DNA of 64,000 nt, taken from the NCBI RefSeq assembly GCF_963921235.1, contig NC_086097.1:187490001-187554000 (forward strand). Direction: 5' to 3'. The notes beneath the pieces were generated by a model. The model saw nothing but the letters and a program-made list of their open reading frames with translations, had not been told where the DNA came from and did not search any database. Of the stretch, positions 27,287 through 39,127 are shown piece after piece; position 1 is the stretch's first letter, and every line of letters starts with the position of its first letter. The position numbers were made by a program, and so were the translations under genes. This stretch comes from Mobula hypostoma. Lineage: Eukaryota.

Positions 27287-27414
27287 GGCAACACACATCA
27301 AAGTTGCTGGTGAACGCAGCAGGCCAGGCAGCATCTCTAGGAAGAGGTACAGTCGACGTTTCAGGCCGAGACCCTTCGTCAGGACTAACTGAAGGAAGAG
27401 CTAGTAAGAGATTT
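27287..27414 (-). mobile_element. Solitary Penelope terminal-repeat fragment
   Basis: Nearly identical to 53027-53153 and to the reverse complement of 54630-54757. Confidence 0.85.
27351..27386 (-). ncRNA. Minimal type-I hammerhead ribozyme motif
   Basis: AGUC CUGACGA AGGG UCUCGG CCU GAAA CG UC GACU. Confidence 0.85.
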
Positions 27415-28903
27415 TGGGTGATAAGTGGGATTTCCTTTACTTCAGGGAATGTTTTATGCATCTCAGTGTCCCTATTCATCTCTGTTTTATTAAACTCCCA
27501 CAGGCAGATCATCTGTGATCGACAAAAACTAACATCTGAAACCTAGAATATGACCTACTGGACAGCAGTGATCCTTATCCCAATATATTTCACAAATATG
27601 GACCACCTACAATAGGTCTCTCAAAGGACTGGAGAATATAATCCATTCTTTTTTTTTCCAAACTAATTGAAAAGATAAGTGGACAAATGACAAGTTCTTC
27701 TCAGGTCAACGATGAGCCTCCATTTGCACTCACCAGCTTTACTAGGCAGGCCATACCATTCACATTCCTAATACGAGACTCTACTCCAAGCACCGACATT
27801 GCAAAATATTACCAGGAAGGCAGAGGAAATTCTTAAAGGCTATTTTCCCAGCATCTATCAAAAGATAAAACACACTCACCAATTCTTGGAAATCCTTGGC
27901 CTCGGACCAATTGAAAGAAAAAATGCATTGGAATACTGCCACAAACATCTAGTCTTCTCTTTGGAAACATAGTAAATTTGATACAAAATGAACATAGTAT
28001 CAACCTACCCACCTGCTCACACAGACAGACATCTCCTGCCTCACCTGTGACAGATGTACAGAATCCACATTTGTTTCAATAGCTACGTCAGAATCCATAG
28101 AACTGAAATGAAATTTATCCTTGACCAAGAGCAACCACCTAAAATATTTATTAACCTACAGTTATCCCTCTCCAGCATGGAACTGGCCACTAAGAAAGGT
28201 GAGCGCATATTAGGCTGGGTTTTGTTTGAAGCAGCAATGCTACTTGTTACTCTTGTAGGGGCCTTTTCACCTCTTACAGGTTTTTGAAGAGCAGGGCCTC
28301 TTGGCCAGCCAACCAAAACCTGTGTTGCGCACTGCACTAGAGTGGGACATGTGTGAGCAAGGCAAGTGATTGTTCTTAGCCAATCAGATTGATAAATCAC
28401 TGCTAATTGGGGAGTGTGTAAAACATGAAAAGTCAATTAGAATGTGAATCAGGTATAGAAAGCAAATGGAAGAAGAGCAAATAAAGTTTTTTTTAAAGAA
28501 AACCCCTGTTTAGAAGCTGGAGAAATTTGACTCTACATATAACAGTTAATTTTCAGAGCCAAGAGATTAAATTTAGCGAATTAAGACTTACTATGCCATT
28601 AAATGCAAGTCCCTACTTTAGAACAGGATACTTCAAATTTATAGGATGAATTTTGATTATGTCATGGACTAAATACAACAAATTACACTTATGGTGTAAG
28701 TAATTACTGAGAGAGAATCTAAGATGCTATTTTATTCTTGTGCTGGGAGAAGCAGGACATCTTCAGCATTGAAGTTTCCTGATGTCCATATTTAACTGTG
28801 CATTTACAGTTCAATTGCATACCCATAACTAATGATGAGAACCGATACCTAGGTGATTTGTTAATATTCCACTGAGACTAGCCCTATTAAAGCCATTTAC
28901 AAA

Positions 28904-31176
28904 TAGTCTGTGAGCCAATAGAGTTGGTCGGTACCATCTGAGGGGAATAATGCTCATAGTGATTTTTGGCCAGGCATACATCACCAGAGTTAGAAAATAT
29001 GTGATAGCATGACACCAGTCGTAGCTTTTTGGACAGTTACAGGCTGGCATCAGGTGCTGGCTGGCCTTCCATCCAGTGCACGACCAACTGTTCAGCTTCC
29101 TCTTCTCTCTCCATCTTCCATCCTCTGCCAACAGGGCTTGGCACTTGTGGGTCCTTCTCCAAACATCTTCTCCATATACCAGCCTGGTAGTTGGCTCGCT
29201 GTGCATGTTTTGTTAAGCAGTCCTTGCATGGTGGGAGTTGATGACTTTCGATTTCACCTTTTTTGGCACAGAAAAGGTGATACCTTGGTGGTCAATGCTT
29301 TTGGGGCATACAGGAGACATGTAAATACCTCCAGTTTGTCCATCAGTTCTGGGGAGAGGTCTTGTTCCTGACCCAACTCTAAGGATGTGTCCTGAGTTTC
29401 CCTGTTGCTGGTCAGAAGTTTTAGGGCACTTGTCTTATCTTTGCCTGCAAAAGCGCTTACAGTGTCACATCCTGTATATGCGTGTAACCTGATGAGAGCC
29501 CTACAAACCTCTATGTCAGCAGTGGCAGCAACTTTGTCTAAAAGCCTTGTATGGTTCTTGTGCCACACTTCTGGAACAATGGGGCCTAAATCTTGTCACA
29601 AAATGTTAAAGGCATGATAAAGACGTCTGTGTCCTCTGAGCAGATCACTAAAGATTGGTGTCCCTCTCTTGTGGCATGGGCAGCATGGAGAAGTAGGCAG
29701 CCATCTGCTTCTTCTTGTTGACACTGAAGAGCGGACACCTCCTCACTGTCCTGAGATGTGATTCTGTAACATTTATCATTCACAGTTGCATACAGAATCT
29801 TCTCCTGTAGCTTTGCTCTGTACTCTGCCTTCCTCCATTCATGGATTATGAAGCTAATGAGACTATTTTTGTTACTGACTTTGGTCAGGAAGCTCCTCCA
29901 CTGCCTCACCATCTGTGTGCGTGTGATACCTTGTAACTCATGACCAGTCTCTTCACCCCGTAGAGATCTGTCACTATTATTGGTAGAGTTCTCCTTGTAT
30001 GTGTCAAACACAACATCTATTCTGCTACTCTGACTGTCTTCCTTCAGAGCCATACCCAGAATTGTTGTGGCAACATCTTTGATAGTAACTTGATCCCCTT
30101 TCACTCTTTGGACCAAGTTCATTCCATCAACAACTGTAGCAGAGTTTCCTGGGAGTTGCTCTTCTACTGCTACATTTTTCTGCAAGGTTGTAGCTAAAGT
30201 AGCTTTATTTGCCTTTCTCAGCAATCCTTTTGGTGTGGACAGGGCCCAGGGTGATGGTCCAAGGGGATGCGAAAGGATATCCTCCATACGTAGACTGCAC
30301 CCTTGTGCCATCACTATGATGCGTCCAAACAAAGACCTGCCTGCTTTCAAAATGATTGCCCTCCCATTTGATTTCACTTCTCTCTTCTTACACATATCAC
30401 TCAATGTCTTCAGCTTGTTGGTTTTCATTGGGTCATGGAATTTCGTTGTTGGTGGGTCTTCCTCTAGTCTCTCATCCTTGAAGGTTGCATAGAATTGCTC
30501 ACCAATCTCATATGCCTTCATCAGGTCGGAGGCAATGTTCTTGGGGGCTGCCTTTGCTGTAGAGATGCTAACGAGGTCCCGCTTCTCTGCAAATGGGTTG
30601 ACCCATTCATGCATGAGGCTAACCACTGCTGAAACTGCTTCCTCATCTTTCTGGACTCTTGGCCGCTGTAGCTCCGCATGACAAAGCTCTGATTTGTTGC
30701 CTTGCACCATCTCCCTTAACTGTCCCAGGAATGCACTGCGGTGCTCAGCTGTTATGTAGTAACGCTTGATAGCTCCAGCATTCAGGCCGAACCACGATGT
30801 GCCTCCAGGAGTCTGTCTGTCTTTGTTCACTGTGGCTTCAATAGCCTGGTCCACAGGGATCTGCCCAAAGGGATTGTTACTTGACAGCTGCACTGAGAAT
30901 TGGCCTGTCTTGAAGGCCTCATACACAGAAGGATTCTGCTCTGGGAAGTTCATCATCTGAGCAAAGTAAGGGGACAGGTACCTGTCATAATTCATCTTAT
31001 AGGCAAAAAACCATGGGATCATATAGCATGGAGGTTACCATGCAAGCTACTACCGCTGCAATGCTATCACATATTTTCTAGCACTAGGGGTGTATACCTT
31101 GCCAAAAATTACTATAAGAATTATTCCCCCCAGATGGTACCGGTGGCCCAAATTTGGGGTCCTGGCTCATGGACTA
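28904..31176 (-). mobile_element. Academ (AcademX-type) DNA transposon, internally deleted
   Basis: Termini tagtctgtgagcca / tggctcatggacta; subterminal inverted match about 28928-28982 vs 31089-31143; AAA on both flanks; XPG/FEN1-like coding region. Confidence 0.8.
29000..31022 (-). pseudogene. Academ-type protein remnant: end of transposase region, XPG/PIN-like nuclease with H3TH, truncated Cys-rich tail
   Basis: 478-aa ORF (DQAIEATVNKD, VVDGM, DVVFDTY, EEADG, SEDTDV), then in shifted frames HAYTGCDTVSAFAGK, LPPCKDCLTKHAQRANYQAGIW and ACNCPK. Confidence 0.8.
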
Positions 31177-31589
31177 AAATGTGAAAATATAGAGTGGATC
31201 AATTAAAAAATACATTTTGAGTATTGCCTGTGGCTATATTACACTGGTCATTTTAAAGACAAAATTAAATTGTTATATACTGCTTGGAGCGAACTTTTAC
31301 TAAGTGCTGACACATCAGTGAAATCAGCCAATGGAAATCTGCTTAATCAGAAAAAGCATATCAAAGCATATTAATTACTATAGACACTCTGTATATGGCA
31401 TTGCTAAAAATACACTACATAATCAGCTTTTATTTAAATTTGTTGTGTAAATTTTGTTCTTGACAAGGTGTCAGGAGTGAGGAATATCAGGCTTTCTACT
31501 GCACACATACAAGGACCAAATGCAACAATCCCAGATCATTTAAAGTAAGGTGAGGAGCATGACAGCATTTCTGTTTTGCCACAATTATA

Positions 31590-32137
31590 CACTCAGTGGC
31601 CATTTTATTTACCTAATACAGTGGCCACTGAGTGTATGTTCATGATCTTCTGCTGCTGTAGCCCATCCATCTCAAAGTTTGACATATTGTGTGCTCAGAG
31701 ATGCTCTCTGCACACCACTGTTGCAATGCTTGATTATTTGAGATGCCATTGCCTTCCTGACAGCTTGAACCGGAATGGCTATTCTCCTCTGACCTCTCTC
31801 ATTATCAAGGCATCTTCACCCACAGAACTGCTGCCCATTGGATGTTTCTTTTGTTTTCCACAACAGTCTCTGAAGGCTTTAGAGACTGTTGTGCCTGAAA
31901 ATCAAGGAGATCAGCAGTGTCCAAGATACTCCAACCACCCATTCTGGCACATTCTAGTCCGTGGTCAAAATCAGTTAAATCACATTCCTTTCCTATTCTG
32001 ATGTTTGGTCAGAATAACAACTGAACCTCTTGGCCACATCTGCATGCTTTTATGCATTGAGTTGCTGCTACATGATTGGCTGATTAGCTATTTACATCAA
32101 TGAGTACAGGTATTCCTAAAAAAGTGGACACCGAGTG
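31590..32137 (-). mobile_element. Tc1-like non-autonomous element
   Basis: TA-flanked TIRs cactcagtggcca / tggacaccgagtg; decayed Tc1 N-terminal coding on the minus strand; an extra TIR copy at about 31621-31634. Confidence 0.8.
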
Positions 32138-32587
32138 TAGATCTACAAACTAAACTTTGTAAATAATATCCCTCCTCAATAAGCTCATTATTTTTCTGGT
32201 GGCACATTTCTACTCTAAAGCACAGGCTGTCAGCAGTTAAAAATCAGGGGCCAATTCTGCATATGATGTCCAGGACAGATTAAAACAGTTTTCAGGTGGG
32301 TGTGTAAATGACTCACTAGTATTGCCAATTATGTCAAGTAGGCAGCTGAGAACAAGTGTAAAAGCAGGGAAAGTGCTGGGTGTCAGGGCCCAAATATAAC
32401 TTTCAAACAAAAGTGAGTAGAATATATGCCAATCATGCTTTTTTCATTTACATCAGAGTGTAACTCACTTAAACTTCACTACAACTTCCAAGTTTCCCTT
32501 AAATTTACTTGGTCTATCTCCAACACCTCTTGCCTCTTACTTGATCCATCTGCCTCCACCACAGGAGACAGATTATCTATTAGTATT

Positions 32588-33265
32588 AGTATTATTTCAG
32601 GTCAGGTCACTCGTCTGAGTGCTACTGGTACCATGTAACCCAGTACCACCTGTCGCATGGTCAGGTGGTCAGTGACCAAACTGGCTCCCCCACCAGGCTT
32701 GCCTGGTGAGGAGGGTAGCTAGACACCCTGCAGGACGAAAAACAAGACCTGTCAAACGATGGATGAACCCTCCCGTAGGGTCAACGGCCATCCAGCAAAC
32801 GTGCTGAGAAGCGCGGAAAAGGCATCCCTTGCATCGAAGCTTGGTCTGGCCATTCACTGCAACAGAACTTTCCCCAGCGGTCTTGGACCCCACCATGCCA
32901 CTGGATCTGGGGGGCGGGGGATGTCGAGAGGGTGGGTCTGGACCTGTGCAACCCCCTACTCTCCGAAAATCCACTCACGCTCACGCTGTTCCTTTCTGAG
33001 GAGTCGGGTCAACCCCGCTAACTGACTGAAAGGAATCATCAACATCCTGGGATGGAGAGAGAGGGGAGAGAGAGAGAGAAAGAGGGGAAGAGAGAGAAGG
33101 GGGGAGGGGGAAGGAGAGAGAGAGAGGGGGAAGAGAGAGAGGGGAGGGGGAAGGAGAGAGAGGGGAGGGGGGAGAGGGGGGAGAAGAAGAGGGGAGAGGG
33201 AGGGAGAAGGGGAGAGGGGGGAGAGGGGAGAGAGAGGGGGAGAGAGAGAGAGAGAGAGAGAGTGA
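32588..33265 (+). mobile_element. Unclassified structured short retroelement with a purine-rich tail
   Basis: Interrupts the Penelope copy; agtatt on both sides; GC-rich body with many hairpins followed by a G/A tail. Confidence 0.6.
33054..33262 (+). repeat. Purine-only (G/A) low-complexity tract of about 210 bp
   Basis: Direct inspection. Confidence 0.95.
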
Positions 33266-33883
33266 GAGTATTTTTTACTATCCTACTGACTCTCACAGTT
33301 ACCTCAACTACACCCCTTGCCACCCTGTCACTTGCATAAACGCTATTTCCTTCTGTCAGTTCCTCCATCTATTTTCAATCTGTTCTCATGTTGAGGCATT
33401 CCATTCCAGGAATTCTGAGTTGTCCTGTTTTGCAGAACAGAATCAACTGGCCAAATGGCCTAATCTGCTCCTATCTCATATGTCTTATGGTCTCAAAACT
33501 GTGGCTCCCTCCACCACTGCTATCAATGTAGCCCTTACTCATATCACTTCTATTTCCTCACATCTTCCCTCACCCCATACCCCAATACATAACAAGCATA
33601 TAGTTCCCTTTGTCCTCACCTATAACGCCATGGGCCTCCACATTCATGTATCTTTACCTACAATGTCTGCCATCTCCAACATGATCCTACTTTTTAAAAG
33701 GCACATCTTCCCCTCCTCTCCCCTCTATGATTTCCGGAGGAATTGCTCTCCCTGTGACTCCTGTCCCTCCCCACAGATCCCTGAAACCATCCTAACTGTT
33801 GCTCCTGCTCTTAAATCTCCTCTTTCACCACCATTCAGGTCCAACCTCAGCAGGTCAAGAAGCATCTATGGAAAAGGGTGAAC

Positions 33884-33919
33884 AGTTGACATTTCAGGCC
33901 GAGACCCTTCATCAGGACT
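33884..33919 (-). ncRNA. Hammerhead motif, diverged
   Basis: AGUC CUGAUGA AGGG UCUCGG CCU GAAA UG UC AACU; core intact, stems I and III mutated. Confidence 0.65.
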
Positions 33920-34429
33920 GTTTACTCTTTTCCATAGGTGTTGCCTGACCTGCTGAGTTCCTCCAGCATTTTCTGTTTGTTGCTTGGATTTCCAGCATCT
34001 GCAGATTTTCTTTTGTTTTTTATGTCGTACAGTGGAATTCTGAGAAAAATACTGCAATCCGACTTAGACATTCCTGCAATAGCTCCTCTCAATTTACAGA
34101 TCCTTCTACCATATTGGGCCTGAACTGCTGGCTATCCCTTTGCATGAGTTTACACTTCACCAGCTATTGAGCTCTGAAGTGCTGCTTACTACATCTAACT
34201 GTTTGCCGGACTTGAAAATCATTTTGACCTCTCAATAGCAGGAAGATTGTTCTGATAACATCGTGGTTGTTTCAGCCACAGATCTTGTTTCACATCCCCA
34301 TACCATATATGAGTTTTGCACAATCCCTGAAGGCCAGCATATAATTCCCAAAATTATTGGGTCTTGAGGAGGAGGTTGTAAGATGCATACCTAGACTACA
34401 ATGGTGCTTTTGCTAAAGTTATTCCCATA

Positions 34430-35418
34430 GTAGAACTGAATTGACAATAAACTGGACTGGTCTAAGAACACTGAGGCTGTCTACAAAAAGAGTCAGAGCC
34501 ATATCTATTTCCTGAGGAGACTGAGGTCCTTTAACATCTGCCGGACGATTCTGAGGATGTTCTACGAGTCTGTGGTGGCCAGTGCTATCATGTTTGCTGT
34601 TGTGTGCTGGGGCAGCAGGCTGAGGGTAGCAGACACCCAACAGAATCAACAAACTCATTCGTAAGGCCAGTGATGTTGTGGGGATGGAACTGGACTCTCT
34701 GACGGTGGTGTCTGAAAAGTGGATGCTGTCTAAGTTGCATGCCATCTTGGTCAATGTCTCCCATCCACTACATAATGTACTGGGTGGGCACAGGAGTACA
34801 TTCAGCCAGAGACTCATTCCTCCGAGATGCAGCACAGAGCGTCATAGGAAGTCATTCCTGCCTGTGGCCATTCAAACTTTACAACTCCTCCCTTGGAGGC
34901 TCAGACACCCTGAGCTGATAGACTGGTCCTGGACTTATTTCATAATCTACATATTACTATTTAACCATTTATAGAAACATAGAAACATAGAAAATAGGTG
35001 CAGGAGTAGGCCATTCGGCCCTTCGAGCCTGCATCGCCATTTATTATGATCATGGCTGATCATCCAACTCAGAACCCCGCCCCAGCCTTCCCTCCATACC
35101 CCCTGATCCCCGTAGCCACAAGGGCCATATCTAACTCCCTCTTAAATATAGCCAATGAACTGGCCTCAACTGTTTCCTGTGGCAGAGAATTCCACAGATT
35201 CACCACTCTCTGTGTGAAGAAGTTTTTCCTAATCTCGGTCCTAAAAGGCTTCCCCTTTATCCTCAAACTGTGACCCCCTTGCTCTGGACTTCCCCAACAT
35301 CGGGAACAATCTTCCTGCATCTAGCCTGTCCAATCCCTTTAGGATTTTCAACTGTAACGAAAACCAATTTCCCCCGGGATCAATAAAGTATGACTATGAC
35401 TATGACTACTATGACTAT
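34430..35418 (+). mobile_element. Rex1/Babar-type LINE 3' fragment, (GACTAT)n tail, containing a CR1 3' end at 34971-35349 (minus)
   Basis: Same family as 40173-40866; the nested piece has the (AGAAACAT)n tail. Confidence 0.85.
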
Positions 35419-36412
35419 ATGAAATTTTAGAATTTTGACCCAAAGACTATAGTGCAGGGTATGTAGAGTACGATACGGGAGTATAGAAAACTCAGAAGAC
35501 TATTTCTAGTTTATTCAAAGTTCTTAGATGAGCAATTTGCAACCATATAATCAAACACATCATACAGTTATATTTAACTTACATGTACTAAAGAGATGAT
35601 GAAGTAACCATTATCCAGTAAATGCAAGAGCCTGTGTAATTTAGAGAGGGTGTGCTCCCATGAACCTGGTGCTCTGTCAAATAATCCTTGCAAAATTGCA
35701 ACACATTTGGTAGAAGGTATTGAGTATCAAGATTTCAGACCAAGCACAAAGATCAATATCAATGGGGCAGCAGTGATCAATATGCATCTGAGTCCTAGAC
35801 TACAACTGCAGGCATCTCAAGTCACTGAAAGAAATCTTTAATAGATCCTCGATCCTGAACAGTGTCCTGGAAAGAGATTACCATTGGGATAGAAGAAAGG
35901 ATTCAAGGATCCGTTCAAAGTCTACTTGAAGGAATGCATTATCACTATGAATCCCTGGGAATATCTGGCCCAAAAGTTTTCAAAGTACAGAAGGAACATT
36001 CAAGCTGATGCTGAAAACATCAAGCTAGAAGTGGAGCACCTCACGATTTACCTACCTGCCCACAAGCTGAAGAGTTCAGATTTCCTTCATTGGACCAACA
36101 TGGAACCAATTAAACTGAAGTGGAAGTAAGTCATCCTCAGTCCTGAGGAGGCGCCTAAGAAGGATGAGGATAACACACATTTAAACCAGGATACATTAGT
36201 ACATATAGAGTGTTGTACCAGGATGTTAATAAACTTATCAATGAACAGTACAGCATGGAAACAAGCCCTTCAGCCCCTCCTATCTATGCCTTCTCCTATG
36301 CCTACCTTGTAGGAGTGTCAACAAAAATCAACATGAGTGTAATTACTTGTAACATACACATTATTCCAACCGCAAACAAATGACGACATCATAAATATAT
36401 AAGTATATGAGA

Positions 36413-39127
36413 ATCAGAATCAGGTTTATTATCACCAGCATTTGTTGTGAAATTTGTTAACTTCATAGCAGCAGTTCAATGCAATACATAATATAGAAGA
36501 AAAAGAAAAACAAATAAATAATTCAATCAATCTTCAACAGTACAGTATAGATATAATGAATAGATTAAAAATAATGCAAAAACAGAAATAATATATATTA
36601 AAAAAGAGCAGTAGTGTTCACGGGTTCAATGTCCATTTAGGAATCGGATGGCAAACAGGTTGTTCCTGAATCTCTGAGTGTGTGCCTTCAGACTACTGTA
36701 CCTCCCACCTGATGGTAACAGTGAGAAAAGAGCATGCCCTGGATGCTGAGGTTCCTTAATAATGGACGCTGCCTTTCTGAAACACTGCTCCTTGAAGATG
36801 GCCTGGGTACTTTGTAGGCTAGTACCCAAGAGGAAGCCGACTAAATATCAATAACTGTGGCGCTTCTCTTCCTGACGAATATAATGTATTCTACGCAAGA
36901 TTCGAACAGAAGAGGAGCGTCCCGCTCCCTCTGGATGAACCGGACCTGGTGGCATCGAGATTCATCGTCACCGAGGAGGACGTTAGAAGGACCTTCCTGA
37001 AGATAAATACAAGGAAGGCGACGGGCCCAGATGGCGTCTCGGGATGGGTTCTCCGGGCCTGTGCAAGCGAGCTAGCTGGAGTGTATGCTGACATCTTCAA
37101 CTGCTCCTTGCTTCAGTCTAAGATCCCCTCGTGTTTTAAGAAGGCAACGATAACCCCAGTGCCGAAGAAGAGCAAGGTAGCATGCCTGAATGACTATCGA
37201 CCTGTGGCTCTGACATCAATTGCTATGAAGTGCTTCGAGAGATTGGTTATGGCATACATCAACCACAGCCTACCGGTCAACCTCGACGCTTTGCAATTCA
37301 CCTACCAAAGCAACAGGTCAATGGCAGATGCCATCTCTCTGGCCCTACATTCCTCCTTAGAACACCTGGAGAATAAAGACTCCTTTTCATTGGCTACAGC
37401 TCTGCCTTTAATACCATCATTCCAAATAAACTGATTCCTATGCTTCGAAACCTGGGCCTTAGCACTCAGATCTGCAGCTGGATCTTCAGCTTCCTTACAG
37501 ACAGGACCCAGGCAGTGAAAATAGGGGACAAGCTCTCCCCTACAATCACTCTGAGCACCGGTGCCCCACAAGGCTGTGTACTCAGCCCCCTGCTGTACTC
37601 ACTGTACACCCATGATTGTGTAGCCAAGTTTCCATCAAACTTAATATCTAAGTTTGCTGATGACACAACAATTGTAGACTGCATCTCGGGTAATGATGAG
37701 TTTGAGTACAGAGAGGAAGTTAAGAACCTGGTGGCATGGTGCGAAAACAATATCCTATCCCTCAACGTCAGCAAGACGGAGGAATGGTTGTTGACTTCAG
37801 AAGGAGTAGCGGACCGCACGACCCAATTTACATCCGTGGTGCACAAGTGGAACAGGTCAAAAGCTTTAAGTTCCTTGGGGTCAATATCACAAATGACCTG
37901 ACTTGGTCCAACCAAGCAGAGTCCACTGCCAAGAAGGCCCGCCAGCGCCTTTACTTCCTGAGAAAACTAAAGAAATTTGGCCTGTCCCCTAAAACCCTCA
38001 CTAATTTTTATAGATGCACCGTAGAAAGCATTCTTCTAGGGTGCATCACAACCTGGTATGGATGTTGTCCTGTCCAAGACCGAAAGAAGCTGCAGAAGAT
38101 CGTGAACACGGCACAGCACATCACACAAACCAATCTTCCGTCCGTGGACTCACTTTACACCGCACGCTGTTGGAGCAGTGCTGCCAGGATAATCAAGGAC
38201 ACGACCCACCCAGCCAACACACTTTTCGTCCCTCTTCCCTCCGGGAGAAGGTTCAGGAGCTTGAAGACTCATACGGCCAGATTTGGGAACAGCTTCTTTC
38301 CCACCGTGATAAGACTGCTGAACGGATCCTGACCTGGATCTGGGCTGTACCCTCCAAATATCCGGACCTGCCTCTCGGTTTTTTTTTGCACTACCTTACT
38401 TCCCATTTTTCTATTTTCTATTTATTATTTGTAATTTAAATTTTTGATATTTACTAGTTTTAACTATTATTAATATTTTTAATATTTAATATTTGTAATC
38501 CAGGGAGTGTGAAGCGCAGAAACAAATATCGCTGTGTTGATTGTACATTCTAGTACCAATTGTTTGGCGACAATAAAGTATAAGTATAAATTTATGACCC
38601 TCTGCAGCTTCTTTCGGTCCTGTGCAGTAGGCACCCTCCCCTATACCAGACAGTGATGTAGCCTGTCAGAATGCTCTCCACCTGTACATCGATAGGAATT
38701 TTTGAGTGTTTTTGTTGACATATCAAATCTCTTCAAACTCTTAATGAAGTATAGTCACTGTCTTGCCTTCTTTATAGCTGCATTGATATGTTAGGACCAG
38801 GTTAGATCCTTAGAGATCTTGACACTCAGGAACTCGAAGCTGCTCACTCTCTCCATTCTGATCCCTCTATGAGGATTGGTATGCGTTCCTTCGTCTTACC
38901 CTTCCTGAAGTTCACAATCTGTCTTACTGATGTTGAGTGCAAGTTTGTTGCTGTGACACCACTCCACTAGCTGGCACATCTTGCTTCTGTATGCTTTCTT
39001 GTCACCATCTGAAATTCTACCATCAATGGTTGTATCATCAGCAAATTTGTAGATGGTATTGGAGCTATGCCTAGCCATACAGTCATGGGTATAGAGAGAG
39101 TAGAGCAGTGGCCTAAGCACACACTCC
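36413..39127 (-). mobile_element. Rex1/Babar-type LINE fragment ((GATTCT) tail family), interrupted by a younger Rex1 copy
   Basis: ORFs 38896-39144 (YKFADDTT) and 36626-36829; tail gaatcagaatcag at about 36411. Confidence 0.85.
36860..38590 (+). mobile_element. Young Rex1/Babar-type LINE (RT and C-terminal domain)
   Basis: [33 protein letters not shown] and KKARQRLYFLRKL in ORFs 36949-37434, 37440-37901 and 37736-38332. Confidence 0.92.

Larger units (their letters stand above)
32470..34020 (+). mobile_element. Old Penelope-like copy interrupted by an insertion and ending in a fold-back terminal repeat
   Basis: 32470-32587 and 33266-33845 align by eye with 53350-54030 (KFTWSISNTS, VPFVLTY). 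Confidence 0.7.

Noticed and set aside
28162..28204. Possible micro-exon ending AAG/GTGAG
   Set aside because: No recognisable peptide and no supporting neighbouring exons
29586..31022. 478-aa ORF as a host nuclease gene
   Set aside because: It is enclosed by TIRs and a TSD, has no introns, is truncated at the N-terminus and is frameshifted downstream
33039..33368. Arg/Glu/Gly-rich and Pro/Ser/Leu-rich ORFs
   Set aside because: They are translations of the G/A low-complexity tract
35640..36170. Possible decayed RTE 3' fragment
   Set aside because: Too degenerate to support by eye
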